The notes beneath the pieces were generated by a model, which ran no database searches, was not told the origin of the DNA, and worked only from the letters and a program-made list of their open reading frames with translations. Shown here piece by piece: positions 54,301-63,579 of a stretch of 64,000 nucleotides of DNA (its first letter is position 1; each line of letters opens with the position of its first letter). The position numbers were made by a program, and so were the translations under genes. Source of the DNA: Gemmatimonadaceae bacterium (GTDB taxonomy: Bacteria; Gemmatimonadota; Gemmatimonadetes; Gemmatimonadales; Gemmatimonadaceae); contig DASWVQ010000274.1 in assembly GCA_036401195.1 (NCBI GenBank), forward strand, positions 14 through 64,013, given 5' to 3'.

Positions 54301-54792
54301 ATGGCCGAGATCACCCTGGACCTCCGCGCCCTGCCACGCGCGGAGGCGTACCGCGAGCTGCAGCAGCACGTCGACGCCACCCTCGAGGGGATCGACGACG
54401 AGATCACCGCGATGGCGACCATGAGCTGCCTCGTCCATCACGCCTTCGGGCACCTGTGGACCGGCTTCTACCGCGTCGTGGAGCCGGGGCGCCTCCTGCG
54501 GGTGGGCCCCTATCAGGGCACCCTCGGCTGCCTCGAGATCACCTTCGGCCGCGGGGTGTGCGGCACCGCTGCCGCCGAGGACCGGACGGTGCTCGTGGAG
54601 GACGTGGAGACCTTCCCCGGCCACATCGCCTGCGATGGGCGCTCCCGCAGCGAGATCGTCGTGCCGGTGCACCGGCCCGACGGCTCCCTGCTGGCGGTGC
54701 TCGACGTCGATTCCGAGTCGCTCGCCGCCTTCGGCGAGGCCGACCGGGAGGGGCTGGAGCGGCTGGTCGCGTGGTTCCGGCGGGCGCGTTAG
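54301..54792 (+). CDS. GAF-domain free methionine-(R)-sulfoxide reductase (MsrC/YebR-like)
   Basis: WTGFYRV, GPYQGTLGCLEI, GRGVCGTAA, FPGHIACD, SEIVVPV motifs. Confidence 0.85.
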   Translation: MAEITLDLRALPRAEAYRELQQHVDATLEGIDDEITAMATMSCLVHHAFGHLWTGFYRVVEPGRLLRVGPYQGTLGCLEITFGRGVCGTAAAEDRTVLVEDVETFPGHIACDGRSRSEIVVPVHRPDGSLLAVLDVDSESLAAFGEADREGLERLVAWFRRAR

Positions 54793-54849
54793 GTTGAGCA
54801 ACTCCCTCACAGCCCCGGCGCTCGGCGCGGGGCCCGGGACCACCCGGCG

Positions 54850-55449
54850 ATGAACGGCTACTCCGACCGCATCAACCACGCGCTCGCCTTCGCGGCGAAG
54901 CACCACGACCAGCAGGTCCGGAAGGGCACCCGCATGCCCTACCTCACCCAGCCGGCGAACGTGGCGATCATCCTCACGCGCTACGGGCGCGACGAGGAGA
55001 CGGTGGTGGCGGGCATCCTCCACGACGTCGTCGAGGACTGCGTGCGCGAGCCCTACACGCGCGAGATGCTGGTGAGCCGGATCGCGGAGAAGTTCGGCCG
55101 CGTGGTGCTCGACACCGTGCTCGGGGTGACGCACCGCGCCGCCGACGACGAGGGGAACCCGCTCGACAGCGACGCGCGACGGTCGGACTACCTCGACCGG
55201 CTGCGCTACGCCGACGAGCGCGCGCGCTGGGTGTGTGCCGCGGACAAGCTGCACAACGCGCAGACGATCCTCACCGACCTCCGGCGCACGGTCGAGCCGG
55301 ACGCGCTCTGGCGCCGCTTCAAGGCCGGCAAGGAGGGCACGATCCGGTGGTACCGGATGGTGCACGACCGGCTGCGCGAGCTGGCATTCGACGCGCCGAT
55401 CATGAAGGAGCTCGAGGCCGCCGTCCTCGAGCTGGAGAAGTGGCGCTAG
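54850..55449 (+). CDS. HD-domain protein, RelA/SpoT-type (p)ppGpp hydrolase-like
   Basis: AFAAKHHDQQVRKGTRMPYLTQPANVA and AGILHDVVED motifs. Confidence 0.75.
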   Translation: MNGYSDRINHALAFAAKHHDQQVRKGTRMPYLTQPANVAIILTRYGRDEETVVAGILHDVVEDCVREPYTREMLVSRIAEKFGRVVLDTVLGVTHRAADDEGNPLDSDARRSDYLDRLRYADERARWVCAADKLHNAQTILTDLRRTVEPDALWRRFKAGKEGTIRWYRMVHDRLRELAFDAPIMKELEAAVLELEKWR

Positions 55450-55450
55450 C

Positions 55451-56677
55451 TCAGCGGCCCGCCGGGTAGGTCCTCTCCACGTACCCGTTGAGGATGCCCA
55501 GGAATTCCTCCACGATCCGGTCGCCCTTGAGCGTGGTGTAGAGCGCCCCGTCCATGTACACCGGGGCCTTGGGTTCCTCGAAGGTGCCGGGGAGCGAGAT
55601 CCCGATGTTCGCGTGCTTGGACTCCCCCGGGCCGTTCACCACGCAGCCCATCACCGCCACCTGCATCGTCTCCACCCCGGGGTGCCGCTCGCGCCATGCC
55701 GGCATCTGCTCGCGGATGTAGCCCTGGATGTCCTCCGCCATGTGCTGGAAGAAGGTGCTCGTGGTGCGCCCGCAGCCGGGGCACGCCGTCACCTGGGGCG
55801 CGAAGGAGCGGAGCCCGAGCGACTGCAGGACCTGCTGCGCCACGTACACCTCCTCGGCGCGCGACGCCCCCGGCTTCGGCGTGAGCGACACGCGGATGGT
55901 GTCGCCGATCCCCTCCGCGAGGAGGATCGACAGCGCCGCGGCCGACGCGACCATCCCCTTCATCCCCAGCCCGGCCTCGGTGAGCCCGAGGTGAAGGGGA
56001 TAGTCGCAGCGCGCGCCGAGGCGGCGATACACGTCCACCAGGTCCGGCACGTTGGAGACCTTCGCGGAGATGAGGATGCGCTCGTGGGGGAGCCCCACCT
56101 CCTCGGCCAGCTCCGCCGAGCGAAGGGCCGACGCGAGCATCGCCTCGATGTAGACGTCCTTCGCCGCGTGACGCTCCGCCTCGGGACGCTGCGCGTTCGC
56201 GTCCATCATCTCGGTGAGCAGGTCCTGGTCGAGCGACCCCCAGTTCACCCCGATGCGCACCGGCTTCCCGTGGTCCACGGCGACCTGCACGATCGTGCGG
56301 AAGTTCTCGTCGCGCCGCTTGCCCCCCACGTTCCCCGGGTTGATCCGGTACTTCGCCAGCGCGCGCGCCGTCTCCGGGTACTTCGCGAGGAGCAGGTGCC
56401 CGTTGTAGTGGAAGTCGCCGACGATCGGGCAGTCGGCGCCGGCGTCGGCCACCCGCCGCACGATCTCGGGAACCGCGGCGGCGGCCTCCTCGTTGTTCAC
56501 CGTCACCCGCACGATCTGCGAGCCGGCCTCGTGGAGCTCGAGCACCTGCCGGGCGGTGCCCTCGGCGTCGGCGGTGTCGGTGTTCGTCATCGACTGCACG
56601 ACCACCGGATGGGCGGAGCCCACGGCGACGGAGCCGACGTGAGCCGTGACGGTGCGGCGGCGGGGGGAGAAGACCAT
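55451..56677 (-). CDS. ispG: 4-hydroxy-3-methylbut-2-en-1-yl diphosphate synthase
   Basis: [36 protein letters not shown] motifs. Start at Met15 of ORF 55451..56719. Confidence 0.94.
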   Translation of the reverse strand: MVFSPRRRTVTAHVGSVAVGSAHPVVVQSMTNTDTADAEGTARQVLELHEAGSQIVRVTVNNEEAAAAVPEIVRRVADAGADCPIVGDFHYNGHLLLAKYPETARALAKYRINPGNVGGKRRDENFRTIVQVAVDHGKPVRIGVNWGSLDQDLLTEMMDANAQRPEAERHAAKDVYIEAMLASALRSAELAEEVGLPHERILISAKVSNVPDLVDVYRRLGARCDYPLHLGLTEAGLGMKGMVASAAALSILLAEGIGDTIRVSLTPKPGASRAEEVYVAQQVLQSLGLRSFAPQVTACPGCGRTTSTFFQHMAEDIQGYIREQMPAWRERHPGVETMQVAVMGCVVNGPGESKHANIGISLPGTFEEPKAPVYMDGALYTTLKGDRIVEEFLGILNGYVERTYPAGR

Positions 56678-56757
56678 CCCTGAAAATAAGGGGAGGGCCC
56701 GGGTCGTGGGGGCGATCACCCTTGGCGCAACCTGCCGGACGACGCAGTTTGCTGCAC

Positions 56758-57210
56758 ATGACCAACCCTGCTGATCGCGCCGACACCAGGCCCTCGGACG
56801 TGCCCCCCTCGCCCCCTCCGCCCGCGCCGCCCCGGCGCCGGTTCCGGAAGTGGCTCTGGCTCACCCTCGCGATGCTCGTGATCGCCCCCACGATCTTCTT
56901 CGCGGTGTGGACGGCGGTCTCGATGAACTACACGTACTCCGAGGGACAGCGCCCCGGCTACGTGCAGAAGTTCTCCAAGCGGGGGTGGCTGTGCAAAACC
57001 TGGGAGGGGGAGCTGGCGATGGTGAACATCCCCGGCGCCATGCAGGAGAAGTGGGAGTTCACGGTGCGGAGCGATTCCCTGGCGGCCGAGATCGAGAAGC
57101 TGGCCGGGAAGCAGGTCGTGCTGCACTACGACCAGCACAAGAAGGTCCCCTTCTCCTGCCTGGGCGACACCGAGTACTTCGTGACCGGGGTGCGGCTGGT
57201 CGGACCTTGA
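56758..57210 (+). CDS. conserved hypothetical membrane-anchored protein
   Basis: Pro-rich N-terminus, one TM segment, then [29 protein letters not shown]... Start at Met13 of ORF 56722..57210. Confidence 0.6.
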   Translation: MTNPADRADTRPSDVPPSPPPPAPPRRRFRKWLWLTLAMLVIAPTIFFAVWTAVSMNYTYSEGQRPGYVQKFSKRGWLCKTWEGELAMVNIPGAMQEKWEFTVRSDSLAAEIEKLAGKQVVLHYDQHKKVPFSCLGDTEYFVTGVRLVGP

Positions 57211-57294
57211 GCGGGGGGGAGGCGGGCCGGGGCCGACGGGTGTCCCGGGAGGGAGGAAATCGGGAGGCTGTCGGGGCAGTGGCGGGCGGGTGTA

Positions 57295-57324
57295 TTGACC
57301 CCTTGTGACCTTGCGCACTACCTT
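57295..57324 (+). promoter_or_regulatory. candidate promoter of the second cold-shock gene
   Basis: TTGACC (57295-57300), 18 nt, TACCTT (57319-57324), giving a structured 5' UTR of about 95 nt. Confidence 0.35.
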
Positions 57325-57426
57325 AGCCCCCGCGGCGGCGCAGGGTGCGCCGCCGCGCGACGTATTGCCCGTGCCGCCCCCACGTCCGGGGGGACACCGG
57401 ACAATCAGGACTTCAGGAGCAGGGAC

Positions 57427-57636
57427 ATGCGCACGACTGGCAAGGTGAAGTGGTTCAACGACGCGAAGGGCTTCGGCTTCATCACCCCCGACGGTGGTGA
57501 GAAGGACTGCTTCGTGCACTACAGCGCGATCCAGGGGAATGGCTTCAAGACGCTCGCCGAGGGCGAGGCCGTGGAGTTCGACCTGGTGCAGGGGCAGAAG
57601 GGGCCCGCGGCCGAGAACGTGAGCCGCGCGTCGTAA
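57427..57636 (+). CDS. cold-shock protein, CspA family
   Basis: [35 protein letters not shown]. Confidence 0.95.
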   Translation: MRTTGKVKWFNDAKGFGFITPDGGEKDCFVHYSAIQGNGFKTLAEGEAVEFDLVQGQKGPAAENVSRAS

Positions 57637-57664
57637 GAAGGCAGCCTCGCGTTGCCAGTGTGCC

Positions 57665-57700
57665 CGAAGGGGCGCCGGGATCACTCCCGGCGCCCCTTCG
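57665..57700. terminator. 16-bp perfect hairpin between convergent genes
   Basis: cgaaggggcgccggga-tcac-tcccggcgccccttcg. Confidence 0.6.
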
Positions 57701-57714
57701 CTCATTCCGTTCAC

Positions 57715-58110
57715 TCACTCCGGCCGCCGGCGAGGGGGGCGACCCCGGCGGCGTGCCGGCGCCAGCTCCACGGCGTCGAGCAGCCGACGCTCGAGGGCGC
57801 TCGCCATCGCGGCGCGGTCGAGCCGGAGCGTGAGGGCGGGAGCGACGCGTGTCTCAACGACGCTCCCGGACTGTCCCGCGAGGAGGACGGTCGCCAGCTC
57901 GATTGCGGTCGCGATGGGGATCCGCACCCCCTCGGCCAGGGCCCGTGCGACGGCAAGATGGAGGAGCCCGGCGGGGGTGATGGCGCGACTCACTCCCTGC
58001 CGCGAACGGGCAATCCCCGGCACGACGTGGTGGGAGAGGACGTTGTCGACCCACTTGGGATCCACGTCGAGCGCAAGTGCAGTGGCGGCAACGTCGTAAG
58101 ATCGAGCCAC
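57715..58110 (-). CDS. hypothetical 131-aa protein
   Basis: GTG start with a strong SD (GGAGGAATATCGTG) and an Arg-rich C-terminus. No domain recognised. Confidence 0.6.
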   Translation of the reverse strand: MARSYDVAATALALDVDPKWVDNVLSHHVVPGIARSRQGVSRAITPAGLLHLAVARALAEGVRIPIATAIELATVLLAGQSGSVVETRVAPALTLRLDRAAMASALERRLLDAVELAPARRRGRPPRRRPE

Positions 58111-58112
58111 GA

Positions 58113-58134
58113 TATTCCTCCGAATGAAGGAATA
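58113..58134 (-). promoter_or_regulatory. AU-rich hairpin overlapping the SD of the 57715..58110 gene
   Basis: Minus strand UAUUCCU-ucauucgg-AGGAAUA. The 3' arm contains part of the GGAGGA SD, 2 nt before the GTG. Confidence 0.35.
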
Positions 58135-58237
58135 ATATGGGACACCCCCGGTGTTAGTAAATACCCTTGTTGATTAGGATTATTTTCAACGTTGTCCCGG
58201 GCGAACCGAGGATTCGGGGCTTCGGCGCCCGGCGGCC

Positions 58238-58263
58238 GGATCCTTCGCTGCGCTCAGGATGAC
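58238..58263. repeat. copy of a short dispersed sequence motif (GSFAALRMT / RCAQDD / VILSAAKDP in three frames)
   Basis: ggatccttcgctgcgctcaggatgac. From memory, the same about-26-nt motif generates recurrent spurious peptides in many soil-bacterial genomes. Only a single copy is in this window. Confidence 0.4.
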
Positions 58264-58328
58264 CTCCCCGCATGGCCCGCTTCTGGCACCCACCTTCCAC
58301 GCCTTTCCAACAAACAGAGGAGTCTGCC

Positions 58329-58889
58329 ATGTCCATGTCCATCCGCCGCGCCCTCGCGCTGGCCGCACTGGTGGCCGTCGTCCCCGCCACCGCTCATGCC
58401 CAGTTCGAGCGCAACACGAAGCTCGGCGTCTTCGCCGGTGCCACCATCCCGGTGAGCGACTTCGCCGACTACAACTCGACCGGCTTCAACGTCGGCGCCC
58501 TGATCGAGGTGAAGCCGGCGCTCTCCCCCATGGGCCTCCGCTTCGATGGCAGCTACCACCGCCTCGGCTTCAAGACCGACTTCACCGGCGCGAGCGGAAG
58601 CACCAGCATGTGGAACCTCAATGCCAACGCCGTCCTGTCGCCCGGCGCCAGCCCCCTCTACCTGATCGGCGGCGTGGGCGTCTACAGCCTGACCGACAAC
58701 TACGAGGGAACCAGCTTCAGTCCCAGCTCGGGGACGAAGGTGGGCTTCAACGTGGGCGGCGGGTTCCGCATCCCCCTCACCGGTTTCGACACCTTCCTCG
58801 AGGCCCGGTATCACCTCGTGAACATGGGAAGCGACGGGTACGCCAGCAGCGTGAAGATGATTCCCATCAGCTTCGGCGTGCGCTTCTAG
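58329..58889 (+). CDS. outer-membrane beta-barrel protein (OmpW/OmpA-N-like)
   Basis: Signal ...ATAHA/Q, alternating beta-strand pattern, C-terminal ...ISFGVRF. SD AGAGGAG. Confidence 0.85.
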   Translation: MSMSIRRALALAALVAVVPATAHAQFERNTKLGVFAGATIPVSDFADYNSTGFNVGALIEVKPALSPMGLRFDGSYHRLGFKTDFTGASGSTSMWNLNANAVLSPGASPLYLIGGVGVYSLTDNYEGTSFSPSSGTKVGFNVGGGFRIPLTGFDTFLEARYHLVNMGSDGYASSVKMIPISFGVRF

Positions 58890-58909
58890 CAGGCACCGAT
58901 TCCGTCCAG

Positions 58910-58948
58910 GCGCGCCCCGGCCACCCGGCCGGGGCGCGCTCGCGTTTT
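58910..58948 (+). terminator. intrinsic terminator
   Basis: 13-bp stem gcgcgccccggcc/ggccggggcgcgc with a 4-nt loop, then tcgcgtttt. Confidence 0.7.
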
Positions 58949-59059
58949 CCCGCCTTTCCCCGATTTCGCGCCGAGAGCCCGCGGCGAAACATTGGGGCGG
59001 ACAGGACGTAGGAATCGTTGCGGGCGCATCAGGCGCCCGCGTCTCCAACGGGCACGAAC

Positions 59060-59785
59060 ATGCGATCCTTCCTCACGCTTTCCGCCGCCGCGCTCCTCGC
59101 GATCCCCGCCGTCGTCCACGCCCAGGGCCCGCGCCATCCCACCATGCGTGATTCCATCACGGGCCCCCTGCGCGGCTATGGCGGTGCCGCCCTGTCCGGG
59201 GCCGCGCCGGTGGGGGTCTTCGGCGACTACGTGCAGGGCGGGATCGGCGGCGCCGGCCACCTGGGATGGAACGTCATTCCCGGCGGCGCGCTCTCGATCC
59301 GGGGTGACCTCGGGATCATGATCTACGGCCACGAGCGCAAGCGCATCCCCTTCCCCACGGCGCCGCGCGTCTCGCTCGACCTCACCACGACGAACAACAT
59401 CGTCACCTACGGCGTGGGGCCCCAGCTCATGGCCACCGGGGGCGCCCTGCGCCCGTACGTGAACGGCTTCGTCGGCGGCGCCTACTTCTACACCGAGTCG
59501 GCCCTCGCCGGGACCGGGAACAACGGGGAATCCTTCGCCCGGAGCGAGAACTACCACGACCACGTCCTCTCCTACGGCGGCGGCGGCGGCGTCCTCATCC
59601 CCGTGAGCGTGGGCAAGAACCCGGTCTCCATCGACGTGGGCGCGCGCTACGTCCACAATGGCACCGTGCGGTACCTGCGCGAGGGGGACATCCAGGACGA
59701 CGGCAATACCGTCATCATGAACCCCACCGTGAGCCCCGCGAACTTCGTCCAGTTCACCCTCGGGGTGAGCGTGGGCATCCGGTGA
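59060..59785 (+). CDS. outer-membrane beta-barrel protein
   Basis: Signal ...VVHA/Q and Gly/aromatic-rich beta strands. Start at Met15 of ORF 59018..59785. Confidence 0.75.
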   Translation: MRSFLTLSAAALLAIPAVVHAQGPRHPTMRDSITGPLRGYGGAALSGAAPVGVFGDYVQGGIGGAGHLGWNVIPGGALSIRGDLGIMIYGHERKRIPFPTAPRVSLDLTTTNNIVTYGVGPQLMATGGALRPYVNGFVGGAYFYTESALAGTGNNGESFARSENYHDHVLSYGGGGGVLIPVSVGKNPVSIDVGARYVHNGTVRYLREGDIQDDGNTVIMNPTVSPANFVQFTLGVSVGIR

Positions 59786-59867
59786 GCCACGGGGCGGTGG
59801 GTCGCTGAGCCGTCGCGACCCGCCGCCGGGCCCTTCCCCCCGGCCCGCCCGGCCCCCATCGTCCCCG

Positions 59868-59893
59868 GGAATACTCCCCCGGGCCGCCCCGTC
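59868..59893 (+). promoter_or_regulatory. ECF-type promoter candidate upstream of the sigma factor gene
   Basis: GGAAT (59868-59872), 17 nt, CGTC (59890-59893), 27 nt before the ATG. Resembles GGAAC-N16/17-CGT. Confidence 0.3.
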
Positions 59894-59919
59894 CCCTGTG
59901 GCGACCCCGACTCCCGCGG

Positions 59920-60522
59920 ATGCCGAACACCCCAGCCAACACCACTCCGGAGGCCCAGGCGCGCTTCAACGCCATGGTCCTGCCGCACCTCGACCGGCTG
60001 CTCGCCTTCGCCGGGCGTCGCACCGAGTCCACGGCCGACGCCGAGGACGCGGTCCAGGAGGCCTGCGTCCGCGCGTGGACGGCGTTCGCCGACCTCCGCG
60101 ACGAGACCCGCGTCCGCGCCTGGCTCTATCGCATCCTCCGCTCCGTCCTGATCGACGCCGCGGAGCGACGCACCCGCCGCCGGCAGCTGGTCTCGATCAC
60201 GCGCCTCGAGGATGCCCACGAGTCACTCGTGGGGGGCGGGGTGGACGACCTGTTCGACGAGGTGGCGGCGCGCATCACCGGTGAGGCGCTGCGCGAGGCC
60301 CTCGGCCGCATTCCCGAGGATTTCGCGGTCGCAATCGAGCTGCACGACATCGACGGGTTCAAGTACCACGAGATCGCCGAGATCACCCACGTCCCGATCG
60401 GGACGGTGATGAGCCGCATCTCCCGCGGCCGCCGGCTCCTCGCCGGGGCGATGCTCGCGAGCGGGGCCCTCGCCGCCCCGGTGACGACGGGACGGCGCGC
60501 CCCCGGAGGAGCGACATCATGA
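59920..60522 (+). CDS. ECF-family RNA polymerase sigma factor
   Basis: Region 2 (DAEDAVQEACVRAW, WLYRIL) and region 4 (ELHDIDGFKYHEIAEITHVPIGTVMSRISRGRRLL). Confidence 0.9.
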   Translation: MPNTPANTTPEAQARFNAMVLPHLDRLLAFAGRRTESTADAEDAVQEACVRAWTAFADLRDETRVRAWLYRILRSVLIDAAERRTRRRQLVSITRLEDAHESLVGGGVDDLFDEVAARITGEALREALGRIPEDFAVAIELHDIDGFKYHEIAEITHVPIGTVMSRISRGRRLLAGAMLASGALAAPVTTGRRAPGGATS

Positions 60523-61427
60523 GCGACTGGTCGCCACGGCCGCAGGGCGGCACGACCCCGGAGGAAGAGGCCGCACGCGAGGCGCAGCACCAGCTCCTCA
60601 TCGACCTGCTGGCTGCCTACCTCGACGCGGAGCTCCCGGCGGAGACGCGCGCGCAGATCGAGGCGCACCTCGTGGGGTGCGCGCGCTGCCGACGCGAGCT
60701 GCGCGTGCAGCATGAAGTGCGGCGCCTCCTCGGCAGCGAGCCCCTCGCCGCGGCGCCGCCCACCTTCCAGGCGCGGATCGCCGAGGCGATCGCCGCCGCC
60801 CCGATCCCGGCCGGCGACATCCCGCGCGCGCCCGCGCGTCGCGTCAGCGCCGGCGTGGCGTTCGCCGCCACGACCCTCCTCGTGGTGCTGGGGCTCGGCG
60901 CCTGGGCGGTCACCGTCCGCGGCGACGCGGAGGGTGTCGCGCGCGCGCAGCCGGCGACCCGCACGCTGCCCGCGCGGGCGGCGAGCGTTCCCCTGTTCGC
61001 CGACGTCCTCGCCGACTACCGCCGCGTGGCCATGACCGACCTGCCCGGGCGATCGCGCGACCTGGAGGCGGTCCGCTCGGCGATGCCCTTCGCCGTGGAG
61101 GCGCTCCGGGCGCCCGGACTCCGCCTCGTGGGCGCGTGGACCACGGAGCTGGGCGGCGAGCCGGCGGCGGTGCTCGCGTACCGGGTGGACGACCGGGTGG
61201 TCCTCCAGTACCTCGTGTCGGAGGAGCGCTTCTTCCGCCATCCCGCGGTGCGGAACGCGGTCGCCGACGGCCGCCCCGTGACGAGCATCGATGGGGGGCA
61301 GGTGATGGTGGCATGGCCGGCGCGCGCGGCCGGGGTCGTGGTCGTGGGAGAGCTCGCACCCGAGCGGATGTCGCAGATCCCGGCATCCGACCGACTGGCC
61401 AGACGGGGCGCACGGGGTGCAGAATAG
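60519..61427 (+). CDS. anti-sigma factor (zf-HC2) with TM and periplasmic domain
   Basis: AYLDAELPAETRAQIEAHLVGCARCRREL. 4-nt overlap with the sigma gene. Confidence 0.8.
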   Translation: MSDWSPRPQGGTTPEEEAAREAQHQLLIDLLAAYLDAELPAETRAQIEAHLVGCARCRRELRVQHEVRRLLGSEPLAAAPPTFQARIAEAIAAAPIPAGDIPRAPARRVSAGVAFAATTLLVVLGLGAWAVTVRGDAEGVARAQPATRTLPARAASVPLFADVLADYRRVAMTDLPGRSRDLEAVRSAMPFAVEALRAPGLRLVGAWTTELGGEPAAVLAYRVDDRVVLQYLVSEERFFRHPAVRNAVADGRPVTSIDGGQVMVAWPARAAGVVVVGELAPERMSQIPASDRLARRGARGAE

Positions 61428-61485
61428 GGAAGGCGCCGCCCGACCAGGGTGCGCCTTCCCGCTTCCCGAGCCACCCCCGCCCGGC

Positions 61486-62874
61486 ATGTCGTCCCTCCGG
61501 TTGGTCGTCCGCGGCACCATCGCGGCGCTGCTGCTGCACATCCCCACCGCCGCCCTTCGCGCGCAGGCCGCTCCCGCGCCGCGCGACACCGTCACCGCGC
61601 CGGACTCCCTCTCCCCCGACTCGCTGCGCGCGCGCCTCGCCCGCGCCGAGGCGGCGATCGACCTGCTGCGGGAGCAGCTCGCCGGCGAGTCCGAGAGCAC
61701 CGTCCACACCCGTTCCCGCGTGCGCGTGGACGTCTTCGCGCGGGTGCTCACGAACGCCTTCATGACCTGGGGGCGCGCCAACATCACGGACCTGCCGCTC
61801 AACGTCCTCGCGCCGGCCGCGGCGCCGGCGCGTGCGCCCACCAACGACGCCCTCGGGCTCTCGGTGCGGCAGACCCGCGTGGGCGCCGTGACCTCCGTGC
61901 AGGATGTCCTCGGTGGCGTGTTCAGCGGCGACGTCGACCTCGACTTCTTCGGCGGGGTATCGAACGGGCCGGGAGACCGTCGCCTCTTTCCGGAGCCGCG
62001 GCTGCGCACCGCGCGGGCGCGGGTGATCTGGGACCGTGCGGAGCTGATGGTGGGATCCGACACCCCGCTCATCTCCGACCTCAACCCGGTGAGCCTCGCC
62101 GGCGTGGCCATCCCCGTGTTCTCGAGCGCGGCCAACCTGTGGAACTGGATCCCGCAGGTGCGATTCACGCGCGAGGCGGGGAGCGTGGGCCGGGGCGACA
62201 CCCGGGTGCACTTCGCCCTCCAGGGGGCGCTGCTCGCGCCATACACCAGCACCGTCGCCCCCGACGATCCCGATGCCGTCGACATCGGGGAGCGCTCGCG
62301 CCGCCCCGCGCTGGAGGCGCGGATCCGCGCCCGGTGGGGTGACGAGGAGGGAGGGCTCTCCGACGTGATGATCGGCGACTCGGGAGGCGAGATCGGCATC
62401 GGCACCCACCAGGGATGGGCGGCCACCGCGCCCGGGGAGGTGCAGGCGAGCTACGCGTACTCGATCGATGGCCACGCGGTGATCGCGCATGGCGTGGAGC
62501 TGCGTGGGGAAGCCTACGCGGGGCGCCTGCTCCGCGGCCTCGGCGGCGGCGGGGCGGGGCAGAACTTCGGCCAGCCGCTGCCCGGCGCGCCCGCGGGGAC
62601 GCTCGGGCCGCCCCTGCGCGACATGGCCGGGTGGATCCAGCTCAACGTGCAGCCCCATCCGATCGTGATCACCGGCGCGGGCTGCGGGATCGACGTCGTG
62701 AACCACGAGGACCGGCCGGTGCGCCGCCAGAACACCGTGTGCGAGGCGCACCTGCACTGGCGCCCCGCCCAGCCCCTCGTGCTCGGCCTCGAGTACCGTC
62801 AGCTCGCCTCGCGCTACGCCAGCGGCACGTACGGCGTGCGCCACCTCAACCTCGCCTTCGGCTTTGACCTCTGA
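61486..62874 (+). CDS. porin-like outer-membrane beta-barrel with N-terminal coiled coil
   Basis: Signal ...ALRAQ/A, coiled segment LRARLARAEAAIDLLREQL, C-terminus ...HLNLAFGFDL. Start at Met24 of ORF 61417..62874. Confidence 0.7.
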   Translation: MSSLRLVVRGTIAALLLHIPTAALRAQAAPAPRDTVTAPDSLSPDSLRARLARAEAAIDLLREQLAGESESTVHTRSRVRVDVFARVLTNAFMTWGRANITDLPLNVLAPAAAPARAPTNDALGLSVRQTRVGAVTSVQDVLGGVFSGDVDLDFFGGVSNGPGDRRLFPEPRLRTARARVIWDRAELMVGSDTPLISDLNPVSLAGVAIPVFSSAANLWNWIPQVRFTREAGSVGRGDTRVHFALQGALLAPYTSTVAPDDPDAVDIGERSRRPALEARIRARWGDEEGGLSDVMIGDSGGEIGIGTHQGWAATAPGEVQASYAYSIDGHAVIAHGVELRGEAYAGRLLRGLGGGGAGQNFGQPLPGAPAGTLGPPLRDMAGWIQLNVQPHPIVITGAGCGIDVVNHEDRPVRRQNTVCEAHLHWRPAQPLVLGLEYRQLASRYASGTYGVRHLNLAFGFDL

Positions 62875-63577
62875 CCGGTGCCTCCGGGCCTGTGCGCGCG
62901 GCGGGCTGCTCCTGCTGCTGCTGGCCGCGGGCGCCCGCCCGGCACGCGCGCAGGGGGTGGTGACGGGCACGCTCGCCCTCGTGGAGCGCGCGGGCGCGGA
63001 GCGCGCCGACCTCCGCACGGGGGTCGTGTACCTGGAGGCGATGGGACGGCGGGAGACCGGGCCCGGTGGGAGTGCGCCGCGCAGCGCGACCATCGCGATG
63101 CGGGGGCGTGAGTTCTTCCCGCACGTGCAGCCGGTGCTGGCCGGCGGCACGGTCGCGTTTCCCAACGAGGATCCGTTCAGCCACAACGTCTTCTCGAACG
63201 TGGCGCTGGGGCCCTTCGACCTGGGCCTCTATCGCCGGGGAGTGACCCGCGCCGCGACCTTCGGGCGTCCCGGCGTCTACCCGATCTACTGCAACATCCA
63301 CTCGCGGATGGTGAGCTTCGTCGTGGCCGTGCCCACGCCGTGGGTGGCACAGCCCGACGCCGACGGCCGCTTCCGCATTCGCGACGTCCCCGCCGGCGAC
63401 TACCTCGTCCACGCGTGGCACGAGCGCGGGGGGAGCGAGGTCACGCGCGCCGTCACGGTGCCGGCGGGTGCCGGTGCGGACGTGTCCTTCATCATCGACG
63501 CGCGGGCATGGGTCTCGGCGCCGCACCTCAACAAGTTCGGCCGCCCCTACACGGTGAGCCGCGCCGACCGGTACTGA
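62864..63577 (+). CDS. secreted cupredoxin-like protein (amicyanin-type ligand loop) fused to a CarboxypepD_reg-like domain
   Basis: FPNEDPFSHNVFS and YCNIHSRM (Cys-x2-His-x2-Met), then DADGRFRIRDVPAGDYLVHAWHE. TTG start. Confidence 0.7.
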   Translation: MTSDRCLRACARGGLLLLLLAAGARPARAQGVVTGTLALVERAGAERADLRTGVVYLEAMGRRETGPGGSAPRSATIAMRGREFFPHVQPVLAGGTVAFPNEDPFSHNVFSNVALGPFDLGLYRRGVTRAATFGRPGVYPIYCNIHSRMVSFVVAVPTPWVAQPDADGRFRIRDVPAGDYLVHAWHERGGSEVTRAVTVPAGAGADVSFIIDARAWVSAPHLNKFGRPYTVSRADRY

Positions 63578-63579
63578 GC

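Noticed and set aside
58284-58299. Sigma-54-like element TGGCAC-N5-TTCCA upstream of the OM barrel gene.
   Set aside because: The critical -12 GC dinucleotide is CC here, and no enhancer-binding protein gene is nearby. It is probably a chance match.
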